Assembly (NCBI GenBank): GCA_031549725.1
Contig: JAVBPH010000017.1
Location: 236 to 64,235 of the forward strand
DNA from: Treponemataceae bacterium
Lineage (GTDB): Bacteria; Spirochaetota; Spirochaetia; Treponematales; Breznakiellaceae
DNA: 64,000 nt
Direction: 5' to 3'
Made by a program: the position numbers and the translations under genes. This document shows, in pieces, positions 18,232 to 27,850 of the stretch. The notes beneath the pieces were generated by a model. The model ran no database searches. It was given only the letters and a program-made list of their open reading frames with translations, and had not been told where the DNA came from. How positions within the stretch are numbered: the stretch's first letter is position 1; every line of letters begins with the position of its first letter.

Positions 18232-18536
18232 GATAATGGTCGATTCTCGGATTGAATTAAGGGACTTACAACAAAAGTTGTGGGAATAGAATCACTTCCG
18301 CCCACCGGTTCTCCGCCAGGACTTGGCGGACATCGGATATTTTCCGCCCAGGGCTGCAGCAGGGAGTTCCTCAAATGGGGCCGTGGTAGTTCTTCAGGAT
18401 TTCATCCGGAACTTCTTTTGAAAAGACTATACTTTCTCCTTCTCCCAGTATAGTTTCTTACACGATTTTTTTCAGGTTTACAGAATAGGCTTTCCATTCT
18501 GTCGCCTTGTTTTGTACTTTTGATTAATAATATTTT

Positions 18537-19430
18537 CTAAATGATGGCGGCCATACTCTTTTCAGATGCCCGCTTGATGGAATGAACAAATATAAGAATT
18601 ACTATGCAGTACATGGCGATTGCTATCAAGGATGATTCTACTCCAAAATTTCCACCTGTCAGCAATTTGGAATTACTGGCAAACTGATAGGTAACCAAAC
18701 TATCTTCACTTACTTTATCGCCCAGATATAAAAAAGTTGACCTCAAATTCCACAAACCATGTACAAGTATACCGGCCCAAATTGAATTATTCTGATAGGC
18801 AATCAGTGAAAACATGGAACCAACACAGGTTCCAGCTATCAGCAAAAGTAAGGTATCAATCAACCCCATGTTATTGCCCATCGCTATATGAGCAGCACCA
18901 AAGAAAAAAGATGGTATCAATATACCTGCGACTATCCCCAGCTTCTTTTCAATGAACCGCATACATAAACCCCGGAATATCATTTCTTCTGTAATTGCAG
19001 CGGTTAAACACGAACCGAATAACCCAATGAACACTATCAAAAACTTTTCATATGAAGTATGTTCAACCGTCTGAAAATTTCCCGGGACAGCAACTATATA
19101 GAACATTGAAAACAGAAGTGGGAGAAGTATGGCAATGAAAATAGACATGGGACTAATCTTGAATATGGCAATCCGGATATCCCTCAAGGATAAATGAAAA
19201 ATGAACCTGCAAATCAGGAAAACCACGATGAATACTAAAATAATTTGCGTCAATCCGTTTAGTATAATTTGCATTGGCTGCTCAAGGGCAACATATAATA
19301 GCGCCGGAACCTGTGAACCTATCCATATCGCAAATGCGGTTATCATAATACCAATGACAGAAAAGACAGTTTTACATCCTTCTTTCGCGGTGAGTTTTAA
19401 TTTAAAAGGATGATAGGGTTCATTTTTCAT
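18537..19430 (-). CDS. CPBP family intramembrane glutamic endopeptidase (CAAX protease / Abi-like)
   Basis: Polytopic 297-aa ORF with the three CPBP motifs: AITEEMIFRGL (EExxxR), FFGAAH (FxxxH), HGLWN (HxxxN). Confidence 0.8.
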   Translation of the reverse strand: MKNEPYHPFKLKLTAKEGCKTVFSVIGIMITAFAIWIGSQVPALLYVALEQPMQIILNGLTQIILVFIVVFLICRFIFHLSLRDIRIAIFKISPMSIFIAILLPLLFSMFYIVAVPGNFQTVEHTSYEKFLIVFIGLFGSCLTAAITEEMIFRGLCMRFIEKKLGIVAGILIPSFFFGAAHIAMGNNMGLIDTLLLLIAGTCVGSMFSLIAYQNNSIWAGILVHGLWNLRSTFLYLGDKVSEDSLVTYQFASNSKLLTGGNFGVESSLIAIAMYCIVILIFVHSIKRASEKSMAAII

Positions 19431-19691
19431 ATAAAATTCCTTGCTTCCTTAATACCAAAAATCGACTATCTCTGTATTGTATTATTATAACATGTAAATT
19501 ATTTCACCGCTATAATTATGTAGATTATCAATAATATCCCAGTGCAGGATACACAATGCGATACTGCACTGGCCGTAAAAAACATCCCTGACAATAATCC
19601 ATTTCAATATAGGAAAATTTGAACATTTAAAATTATTAATTTAAAAAACATGATACGTAATACATTTTTCCACTAAGATATTTATAAGAAT

Positions 19692-19854
19692 GAAGAACCC
19701 CGTGGCAGAGCCTCGGGGTTCTTCATTGTAGAGGAAATTATTATACAGGCTGAGGGTTCATACCACATACAAACGTTTCAACCTTCTTCCAGGGCGTTAA
19801 AAAATCAACCGATGCAAGCATCCCGGCATGAACTCCAACAGCCTTCCAATCAAA
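19692..19854 (+). repeat. family D element, copy D1 (about 165 bp)
   Basis: Near-identical to 39875-40039 and 53542-53705. Starts with the hairpin gaagaaccccg-N11-cggggttcttc. The core attgtagaggaaattattatacaggctgagggttcataccacatacaaacgtttcaacctt is conserved. Confidence 0.8.
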
Positions 19855-19916
19855 GTGGTAATATATGAGATGTATTTTCGCTTCCGGTTTTTCAACCATG
19901 TCCATGTGCGACCATT

Positions 19917-22900
19917 TTACACGAAGTACTCTACCCCGGCTTCAAATATATGCTGCACCTTATTGCCCGGGATATTGATGTGGACGTACCGGCCGCACCG
20001 CTCCGAATGACCCATCTTTCCCAATATGCGGCCGTCGGGACTTAGGAGACCCTCCACCGCATAGGCTGAACCATTGGGATTATGGGGTTCTGCCATAACC
20101 GGACGGCCTTCTTCATCGGTATAACAGAATGCGACCTGGCCTTTCCGGAAAAGATCTTCCGCCTGGGCATCATCAATAGCAAGACGGCCCTCACCATGGC
20201 TGATAGGAATAAGATGCATGGAGTCGATTGGGTCTTTTGCAAGCCAGGAAGACTGGCTAGACATAACCCTGGTTCTTACCATTCTGGAAATATGCCTGCC
20301 GATGGTATTGAAGGTTAAAGTGGGCATGGTATCGTCCGCATCACGGTAGCTGCCGTAGGGGATCAGGCCCAGTTTAATCAGCGCCTGGAAACCGTTGCAG
20401 ATGCCTATCATGAGTCCGCCCCGGCGGTCCATTAAGTCAGTTACCGCTTCCACGATGGGTCCTGCCCGGAATGCGTTGGCCACAAACTTGCCCGAACCGT
20501 CGGGTTCATCTCCGGCACTGAAACCGCCCGACAGGGCAACGATCTGGGCTTCCCGGATAACCCTGGCCAGTTCCGCGGTGGACTCCGCCACATCCTGCCT
20601 GTCCCGGTTGCGGAAAACCACCATCTTGGTTTCCGCTCCGGCATTTCTGAAGGCCCGTTCCATATCGTATTCACAGTTGGTACCGGGAAACACCGGAATC
20701 ACCACCAGCGGTTTCACACCTTTTAATTGAACCGGGGAATGTTTATTCTCCGGTGCGGTTTTCGTATTTGAAAACAGGCGGCTGTCCACCAGTTGAACAT
20801 TATTATCTTCCTCGGCCATGGTAGCCCCGGAAGCTGTCTGGGGATAGACCCCGGCCAGGGGATATTCATAGGCCCGCCGTAAAACATTGAGGGGAACCTC
20901 CGCAGCCTGGGTTTCGGGGGCTTCATCCTCCGCCAGTGACTGGAGGGATCTTTGATCGACCATTCTGAAAACCGGTTCGGGAATGGTAATCCCCGCCGGT
21001 GCCCATGATGCATCGGAAGAAATAATATCCTCCAGGCTTTGGGATTTTTTATCCAAAACCGGCTGATCAATTTCAACCAGGACAGAACCTGACGGGTCCG
21101 CCGGATCAATAAGATCAAAATTCTGAATCACCGTTTCAATACCGGCCATATTTCCAAAACCCATAAGAGCCAGGGATGCGGCGACACCGCCGGCCGCCAC
21201 GGGATAGGCCGCTTTCACATACCCGCCCTTCTGCAGTGATGATAAAGCTTCCATGTTGGTCCTGAAGGTTTTCCATTCATCCTGCTCGGGGTTATTCTGA
21301 TAAAAAAGGACAATGGGATTGCCCGCAACACCGCTGAGAGCCCCGGAGCAAACCCGGGCTGCATCGGTACTGCCCGCGGCAAAAGCCACCAGGGTAGGAG
21401 GCACTGTCAGATTAATATTCCGCTCATCATCTTTATAAGTACCGGACATGGAATCCTTGCCGCCGATGGCGGGGACACCCAAAGCAAGCTGGGCTTCCAA
21501 TGCCCCCAGCAAGGCCGAGAAGGGTTTTCCCCATGCGGCGGGGGATTCCAGCCGTTCAAAATATTCCTGCAGAGATAACCGGGCTGTTCCCAGGTCTCCC
21601 CCAAGGCAGACAAACTTTGTCAGGGCTTCCCGGACCGCGGCTTTTGCTCCCCGGTAGGGACTGGCCGCTGCCAATTCCGGATTGTACCCGAAACTCATAA
21701 TACTGGATGTCCGGGGGTGTTTCCCCAATGAAGGAAACAAGGCCGCCATGCCGCATTCGGGGGTTCCCTGCTCCCGGCCTCCCCAGGGAAAGAGCACCGA
21801 CCCGGCACCGATGGAACCGTCAAACCGTTCCTGGAGTCCCCTCCGGCTTCCGGTACGCAGGGAAATAAGTTCCCGTTCCAGTTTGTCCAGCAGTACCGAC
21901 GGGGAAGCTCCGGACTTTTCAGGCTCCCCAATACGGTGATCCTGAGATGACACGCAGACCCGGGCTGACCGGGAAGCTCCGTGGGAATCCAAAAAACTCC
22001 GGGCAAGATCGATAATGGGTTTTCCCCGCCAGAACATTTTGAGCCTGGCGTGGCTTTCATCATCCCCGGCGGTAACCTCCGCAATAACCACCACGGTCAG
22101 GTTTTCCTCCGCGGCAAATTTGATAAGGGTTTCCGCATCTTCCCTGGAGGTTACCACGGCCATCCGTTCCTGGGACTCGGAGATGGCCAGGGCGATACCG
22201 TCCAGGCCCTCGTACTTCCTGGGAACCGCATCCAGGTTGATATCCAATCCTGCGGCGAGTTCCCCCACCGCCACACTTACTCCTCCGGCACCGAAATCGT
22301 TGCATCGTTTTATCAGCCTGGTTACCCGGGGATTCCTGAAAAGCCGCTGGAGTTTCCGTTCCTCCACGGCGTTGCCCTTCTGCACCTCCGCACCGGCGGT
22401 GTCCACCGACTCCTGGGTATGAACCTTCGACGACCCGGTGGCCCCGCCGATTCCGTCCCGGCCGGTTTTCCCGCCGATCAGCAGAACCAGGTCTCCCGGA
22501 AGGGGTTCCTCCCGCCGGACATGGGCTGCCGGAACCGCCCCGATAACCGCACCCAGTTCCATCCGTTTTGCCACAAAGCCCGGATGGTAAAATTCAATGA
22601 CCTGTCCTGCGGCCAGACCGATCTGGTTTCCGTAGGATGCATACCCCCCGGAGGACTCCCTGGCAATTTTAAGCTGGGGCAGTTTGCCCGGAATGGTTTC
22701 TCCCAGGGACGCCCGGGGATCACCGCTGCCGGTGATCCTCATGGACTGGTAAACGTAGGCCCTTCCTGAAAGGGGATCCCGGATTGCACCGCCCAGACAG
22801 GTGGCCGCCCCGCCGAAGGGTTCTATTTCGGTGGGATGATTATGGGTTTCATTTTTAAACAAAAGCAGCCAGGGTTCACTGCTGCCGTCATCAAATTTTG

Positions 22901-23870
22901 CATCCACCTTGATGGAGCAGGCATTGATTTCCTTTGACTCATCCAGGTCAGGTATCCGGCCCCGTTTTTTCAGAACCCTGGTCCCAATGGTGGCCAGGTC
23001 CATGAGGGTCCGTTTCCTGGCAGCTCCTTCGTCATCCCCGTAGGCTTCCCTGCGGGAATCGCTGTACAGTTCCAATGCCTTCTTCATGGAAGGCGCCAGG
23101 GGCCCGTCTTCAATATCGATTTTTTCAAGAACCGTGGTGAACGTGGTATGCCGGCAGTGGTCGCTCCAGTAGGTATCCAGAACTTTGAGCTCCGCCAGGC
23201 CCGGGTCCCGGCCTTCGGTATTAAAATAATCCCGGCAGCACCGGAGATCATCCAGGGACATGGCAAAACCGTGTTCCTTGGCAAAACCCGCCAGGGCAGA
23301 ATCATCTGCGGAGATAAATCCTTTGAGTATAGGCACATCGGGTACTTCGGATACGGCGGTTTCCAGGGAAAGAGGTTTTTCCGGGGAAGCCTCCCGGGAA
23401 TCCACCGGGTTAATGAGATAGGCCTTAACAGCCGAAAGGGCTTCATCCGTCAAGGGGCCGGAACCTCCGGAAAAAATATAGATCCGGGCATTCCTGACCA
23501 GGGGTTTCACCCCCACCACCAGCTCACCGCACTGTTCCGCAGAATCCGCCCGCTGGTCGTATTGGCCGGGCAGGTATTCTATACCGAAAAACCGCTCGTC
23601 CGGGGATGCGGGGGTTTCATCATCATAATATACCTGATCACACTGGGGCTCCGACAGGACAAGGTCCGTAAACCGCTGGAACTGGTCTTCATCCAGATTG
23701 GCGGTATCGTAGCGGTTAAGGAACCTTACCTGCTTAAGCGCGGCTAATTCGGGGAACTGCGCCCCAAGAAAACCGGAAATATCCGCCTTAAGATGCAGAG
23801 CTTCAATATCAAAACTAGCTTTTTTCTCCACAAACACCCGTCTGATCCCAGACCCTTTCATCGCCGACAT
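19917..23870 (-). CDS. purL: phosphoribosylformylglycinamidine synthase, single-chain large form
   Basis: 1317-aa ORF with the N-terminal PurS-like region, a duplicated AIR-synthase-like core (NHPTEIEPFGGAATCLGG) and a C-terminal glutamine amidotransferase (ICNGFQAL). RBS aaggag. Confidence 0.95.
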   Translation of the reverse strand: MSAMKGSGIRRVFVEKKASFDIEALHLKADISGFLGAQFPELAALKQVRFLNRYDTANLDEDQFQRFTDLVLSEPQCDQVYYDDETPASPDERFFGIEYLPGQYDQRADSAEQCGELVVGVKPLVRNARIYIFSGGSGPLTDEALSAVKAYLINPVDSREASPEKPLSLETAVSEVPDVPILKGFISADDSALAGFAKEHGFAMSLDDLRCCRDYFNTEGRDPGLAELKVLDTYWSDHCRHTTFTTVLEKIDIEDGPLAPSMKKALELYSDSRREAYGDDEGAARKRTLMDLATIGTRVLKKRGRIPDLDESKEINACSIKVDAKFDDGSSEPWLLLFKNETHNHPTEIEPFGGAATCLGGAIRDPLSGRAYVYQSMRITGSGDPRASLGETIPGKLPQLKIARESSGGYASYGNQIGLAAGQVIEFYHPGFVAKRMELGAVIGAVPAAHVRREEPLPGDLVLLIGGKTGRDGIGGATGSSKVHTQESVDTAGAEVQKGNAVEERKLQRLFRNPRVTRLIKRCNDFGAGGVSVAVGELAAGLDINLDAVPRKYEGLDGIALAISESQERMAVVTSREDAETLIKFAAEENLTVVVIAEVTAGDDESHARLKMFWRGKPIIDLARSFLDSHGASRSARVCVSSQDHRIGEPEKSGASPSVLLDKLERELISLRTGSRRGLQERFDGSIGAGSVLFPWGGREQGTPECGMAALFPSLGKHPRTSSIMSFGYNPELAAASPYRGAKAAVREALTKFVCLGGDLGTARLSLQEYFERLESPAAWGKPFSALLGALEAQLALGVPAIGGKDSMSGTYKDDERNINLTVPPTLVAFAAGSTDAARVCSGALSGVAGNPIVLFYQNNPEQDEWKTFRTNMEALSSLQKGGYVKAAYPVAAGGVAASLALMGFGNMAGIETVIQNFDLIDPADPSGSVLVEIDQPVLDKKSQSLEDIISSDASWAPAGITIPEPVFRMVDQRSLQSLAEDEAPETQAAEVPLNVLRRAYEYPLAGVYPQTASGATMAEEDNNVQLVDSRLFSNTKTAPENKHSPVQLKGVKPLVVIPVFPGTNCEYDMERAFRNAGAETKMVVFRNRDRQDVAESTAELARVIREAQIVALSGGFSAGDEPDGSGKFVANAFRAGPIVEAVTDLMDRRGGLMIGICNGFQALIKLGLIPYGSYRDADDTMPTLTFNTIGRHISRMVRTRVMSSQSSWLAKDPIDSMHLIPISHGEGRLAIDDAQAEDLFRKGQVAFCYTDEEGRPVMAEPHNPNGSAYAVEGLLSPDGRILGKMGHSERCGRYVHINIPGNKVQHIFEAGVEYFV

Positions 23871-23946
23871 GGAGGCTCCTTATGTGTGAACTTTATATGG
23901 AGTGATTTTACTTATAATAAAGGGATAAAACAAGCAGGCCCGAAGA

Positions 23947-23976
23947 TTGACACTCACCTCAAATTACCTGTATATA
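23947..23976 (+). promoter_or_regulatory. sigma-70-type promoter for tRNA-Arg
   Basis: TTGACA (23947-23952), 18-nt spacer, TATATA (23971-23976), about 17 nt before the mature tRNA 5' end. Confidence 0.45.
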
Positions 23977-23992
23977 TATAGAATATTCTTCT

Positions 23993-24065
23993 GGTCCAGT
24001 AGCTCAGGGGATAGAGCAACTGCCTCCTAAGCAGTAGGTCGGCCGTTCGATTCGGCCCTGGATCA
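23993..24065 (+). tRNA. tRNA-Arg (anticodon CCT)
   Basis: Folded by hand into a 73-nt cloverleaf: 7-bp acceptor stem (one G-U), D arm gctc/gagc, anticodon stem actgc/gcagt with loop ctCCTaa, T arm ggccg-ttcgatt-cggcc. CCA is not encoded. Confidence 0.9.
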
Positions 24066-24170
24066 ATAGTTAATTCCGGATTTTGTGTTTGTCCTTAAAA
24101 AATAAATTTCCAAATAATTCCTGGGATTGGTTCCGGCTTTTCATATAAGCTTCAAGGTCAAGGAAAATAT

Positions 24171-24629
24171 ATGAATATTGGACGAATGTTATATCTTGCT
24201 GCACTGCTCACCATCATTATCACCGGGAGAATTTTCGGAAATCTCTGTATTGATTTTTATAATAGTCCGGAGTTTGCGGAAGCCTACCCGGGCAATTGGA
24301 CTCCGGTGGAAAATGATATGTTCATTTCCGTCAGTTTTTATATTTTTATTCCCGTGGCGCTGATAAGCCTTTTCAGAACAAAGACCCGTTTTAATGGAAT
24401 TGAATTCCTGTTAGGGGTCTTATCCGTTCTTGTTCAGGGTTTTGCGCTGTTTCTGGTAACCCTGGATACCATTGAATTCTCACCGGTAAAACACAGGGAT
24501 TTGCTCCTGACCATCTGGTTTGTTTCATTTTTTGCTATCATTATTTTATTGCATATTAATTTTTTCCTGGGCAGAAGGGAAAAACGGCTGGGAAAAATTC
24601 CATTTCCGGGAAAACGGAAAAAAGCCTGA
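24171..24629 (+). CDS. hypothetical integral membrane protein
   Basis: 152-aa ORF with four predicted hydrophobic helices and a basic C-terminal tail. RBS aagga. Confidence 0.5.
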   Translation: MNIGRMLYLAALLTIIITGRIFGNLCIDFYNSPEFAEAYPGNWTPVENDMFISVSFYIFIPVALISLFRTKTRFNGIEFLLGVLSVLVQGFALFLVTLDTIEFSPVKHRDLLLTIWFVSFFAIIILLHINFFLGRREKRLGKIPFPGKRKKA

Positions 24630-24727
24630 ATTACATTTTATTTCTGAATTTCTCCGGCGGATACTATATCCGCCTTCTGAAACTTGCCCCGGGATTCCCA
24701 GCAAATCCCGGGGCAAGCCCTATCTAA

Positions 24728-24858
24728 GGAAACACTGATTAATGCCCACAGAGCATTAATCAGTGTTTCCTTAATATAGGCAATTCTTTGTGCAACAAAG
24801 AATTGCGGAGGGAACCGCTGATTGGTCGCATATTGCGGCCGGTTTAATCAGTGGTTCC
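24728..24858 (+). mobile_element. family C MITE-like element, copy C2
   Basis: 131 bp, with the same three hairpins as C1 and C3. The first is a perfect 16-bp stem (aaacactgattaatgc / gcattaatcagtgttt). Lies between convergent genes. Confidence 0.85.
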
Positions 24859-24869
24859 GAAAAAATCCG

Positions 24870-27767
24870 TTAATTTTTCGGCGCCCTGCTTTCAGGGTAT
24901 AGGATCATCTTCAAAGGACCGCCGGTTTGAAGTACACCGGTTAATCTCTGCAGATCTCCGGGCTGCACATTGCCGTAGAGTTCCGGCCTGGCATACAGCC
25001 TGGACAGGGGCAGCTGAAAAATCTGGTTGTAGTTGGCAAAACTTCTTGCCATGTAACCGTTGCTCTGCATGGACTGCTCAAAGGTTTTTTTCAGGGCTTC
25101 CCTGGCTTTTACCAGGGTATCATTGCTGATGTTTCCTCTGCCGATCAAACCCAGTTCAGTGCTCACCGCTGCGGCCAGTTCCTCCGCCCGGCCGGGATCA
25201 CAGTAGAACGTAACTATCAAATACAGCTCTCCGCTGGGCATGGGGGTTAAACTGATGCTGGGAGATATGGAATAAACCCCGCCCAGCTTTTCCCGGATTT
25301 CTTCGGTGAGCCGGATATCCAGGTATTCATTCAGCACCAAGGCGCTGCTGAAATCCTTTTCGGAATAGGCCATGGGAATAAACCATCCCATAAAAACGAT
25401 GCCCTTATCTTCTTTTCCTTTGTACAGGATTTTCTCCTGTTTTCCCGGAAGGGGAATATGCATATCGGTCCAGTTATTGAACCGGGTATTTCCTTCCCCA
25501 TAGGCAGGGACCGAAGCCAGGTATTTTTCGGTAAGTTTTTTCAGCACCGCTTCGTCCGCATTTCCTGTAAACACAAACACATAGTCCGCCGGGTTCAGGG
25601 ATTTCTTAAGAAAAAGCTCCGCGGGTTTTACGGAGATTTTATCCAGATCCGCCAGAACCATAGGCCTGGTTTTGGGATAATTGCCGTACATGATCCGCTG
25701 CACCTCATCAAAAAACCATGATTCGGGGTTTTCCTGCCTTTGTGTCAGGGTTGTCCGGTACTGGTCCATGAGGACCGCCGCGGCATCCGCATCAATTCTG
25801 GGCTGGGTGAAGCCCAGGTAAAGCAGTTCAAAAAGTGTTTCCAGATCACCCGTGGCGGCGGTTCCCTGGAACCCCCGGAGATAAGAGGAAAGCCAAAAAC
25901 TCAGGGAGACCTGTTTGTCCGCCAGTTTTTTCAGGAGTTCGGTCCGGGTAAAATCCCCGGCTCCGGAATTGTTGAACATATCCGCCGCGGAGTACACCGA
26001 ATAATAATCCTCATCATCTGCGCTGGAGGTTCCCCCCTTTGCCAGCGCATAAAAAGAAACTTCGTTATTTTTATTTGCGGTGGTTTTGAATAAAACCGTT
26101 GCACCGTTGCCCAGGGTCCACTCAATAACCCCAGTGGCCTGGTCGGTTTTTTCATCGAGAATTGTTCCCGGCAGGGGATCGTTCTGAATCAAGTCGCCGC
26201 TGTAGGTTTCTTCTTTTGGTTTTTCAATTTTTGCTATTGCTGCCGCAGCAACCATAGCTTTTATGGCAGCCTGGTCCGGAAGGGAAGATGCATCGGTACT
26301 GGGGGCGGTGACAAAAACCGTCAGGTCATCATCCTTAAAAAAATCCTTAACCGCCGCGGCAAGTTCTTTCTGGCCGATCCCCGGAAGCAGCTTCTTTACC
26401 GCATTGAGTTCCCAGCTGATATCCGGCAGGCTGCTTCCGTCCAGGTAGTGCCGGGTAAGCTGCTGTATATAAGATGATGATTCCTGCCGGTCCTGTTCGG
26501 CGGTCATCTGTTCCATATCGGAAATCAACGATCGTTTGGCCATATCGATTTCTCCCTGGGTAAACCCGTAGCGTTCCATGGATTCCTTTTCCAGCAGAAC
26601 CGCATTCATTGTTTCCTTAGCCAAACCGGGCTTGGCAATTCCGGACACCACATAAAAACGGGAAGAATAGGCATAACGGGTTGTCCAGGCACCGGCGGCC
26701 ACATAGGGGGTTTCCGGTTTAGCCGCGGCTTCATCAAACCGGAGGTACATCATCCTGGAGATCAGGTTTTCAATCACGTCCTGCCGGTAGGATGATAAAT
26801 CCGCGGCGAGTACGCTGGGCTGCCGTTTGAAATAAAAATCCGCCCTGGTGTAGGTTAATTCGGGATCGGTAATAATCTCCGCCCGGAACTTTCCTTTTAC
26901 CGGCGCAGGCAAATCGTAATGGGGTTTATCCAGGGGTGTTGATAGAGGATCAGCCTGGAAATATTTTACCAATTCCGCTTCCAGGGCAGCGCCGTCAAAA
27001 TCACCCACAAAAATAACTGCCATGTTGTCCGGACGGTACCATCTTTTATAAAAACCCACCAGCCTCTCCGCAGGGGCATGTTCAATAATCTCGGGCAGCC
27101 CGATGGGAAGCCGGACCGCATAGGGGGATCCCTCAAAGAGGATGGGCAGCATTTTCCGCTGCACCCGTTCCCCTGCTCCCAGCCGGGACCGGTATTCTTC
27201 CATAATTACCCGGCGTTCCGCATCCACATCCTCAGGGATAAAACTGATGCGGCTGGTCCAATCGCTGATTACCTCCAGGGCTTTGTCGGGAATCATTTTT
27301 TTACCCGAATCCAGGGTTTCCACCGGGACTTCGATGCCGTAAACGGTTTCATCAAAATTGGTGTAGGCATTTACCTCCGGACCAAACCGCATGCCCAGGG
27401 ACCGGAGATAATTCACCAGTTCGGACTTGGGAAAATGTTCCGTGCCGTTGAAAGCCATGTGCTCCACAAAATGGGCAAGCCCCTGTTCATCATCCTTTTC
27501 CAGAACCGATCCGGCAGCCACCGCCATGGTTAAATATGCCCGGTTTTCGGGTTTTTTATTTTCCAGAATAAAATAGGTCAGTCCATTGGGGAGTTTCCCC
27601 GTCCGGGCGGATTCCATAAAGGGCACCGGGTCCATGGGTTTTCCCAGACCGGCATAGGATTCAACTTTTTCCGAAGGATTGCTTGAACATGCAGCGGTGT
27701 ACAGGATAAAAAAAACCACCGCAGCAGCCCGGATGCATTTTTTAATAGAGAAAAAATTCGTAGTCAT
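24870..27767 (-). CDS. M16 family zinc metallopeptidase (pitrilysin-like), lipoprotein
   Basis: 965-aa ORF with the inverted zinc motif HFVEHMAFNGT, duplicated M16 halves, and a signal peptide with lipobox TAAC. Confidence 0.9.
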   Translation of the reverse strand: MTTNFFSIKKCIRAAAVVFFILYTAACSSNPSEKVESYAGLGKPMDPVPFMESARTGKLPNGLTYFILENKKPENRAYLTMAVAAGSVLEKDDEQGLAHFVEHMAFNGTEHFPKSELVNYLRSLGMRFGPEVNAYTNFDETVYGIEVPVETLDSGKKMIPDKALEVISDWTSRISFIPEDVDAERRVIMEEYRSRLGAGERVQRKMLPILFEGSPYAVRLPIGLPEIIEHAPAERLVGFYKRWYRPDNMAVIFVGDFDGAALEAELVKYFQADPLSTPLDKPHYDLPAPVKGKFRAEIITDPELTYTRADFYFKRQPSVLAADLSSYRQDVIENLISRMMYLRFDEAAAKPETPYVAAGAWTTRYAYSSRFYVVSGIAKPGLAKETMNAVLLEKESMERYGFTQGEIDMAKRSLISDMEQMTAEQDRQESSSYIQQLTRHYLDGSSLPDISWELNAVKKLLPGIGQKELAAAVKDFFKDDDLTVFVTAPSTDASSLPDQAAIKAMVAAAAIAKIEKPKEETYSGDLIQNDPLPGTILDEKTDQATGVIEWTLGNGATVLFKTTANKNNEVSFYALAKGGTSSADDEDYYSVYSAADMFNNSGAGDFTRTELLKKLADKQVSLSFWLSSYLRGFQGTAATGDLETLFELLYLGFTQPRIDADAAAVLMDQYRTTLTQRQENPESWFFDEVQRIMYGNYPKTRPMVLADLDKISVKPAELFLKKSLNPADYVFVFTGNADEAVLKKLTEKYLASVPAYGEGNTRFNNWTDMHIPLPGKQEKILYKGKEDKGIVFMGWFIPMAYSEKDFSSALVLNEYLDIRLTEEIREKLGGVYSISPSISLTPMPSGELYLIVTFYCDPGRAEELAAAVSTELGLIGRGNISNDTLVKAREALKKTFEQSMQSNGYMARSFANYNQIFQLPLSRLYARPELYGNVQPGDLQRLTGVLQTGGPLKMILYPESRAPKN

Positions 27768-27850
27768 ATATTAAGTATACGGTTTTTTACGATCCTGGGA
27801 AACACCCGGACTATCTCGCCTTATTATTAAAAATGTATTATGCTGGAACT

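Noticed and set aside
18232-18536. Non-coding stretch of about 300 bp with normal GC inside the AT-rich island, as a possible gene remnant
   Set aside because: Short minus-strand frames (for example ...EVPDEILKNYHGPI, ELPAAALGGKYPMSAKSWRR...) are broken by stops, and I cannot assign them to any family. It may be a decayed gene fragment but is not supportable as a feature.
19828-20010. Outward-facing ATG at the right edge of family D, giving MN(S/P)NSLP(I/L)... in all three copies (19828, 40013, about 53679)
   Set aside because: After the first 8 codons or so, the three reading frames run into unrelated flanking sequence. One overlaps the purL 3' end, and no RBS is present.
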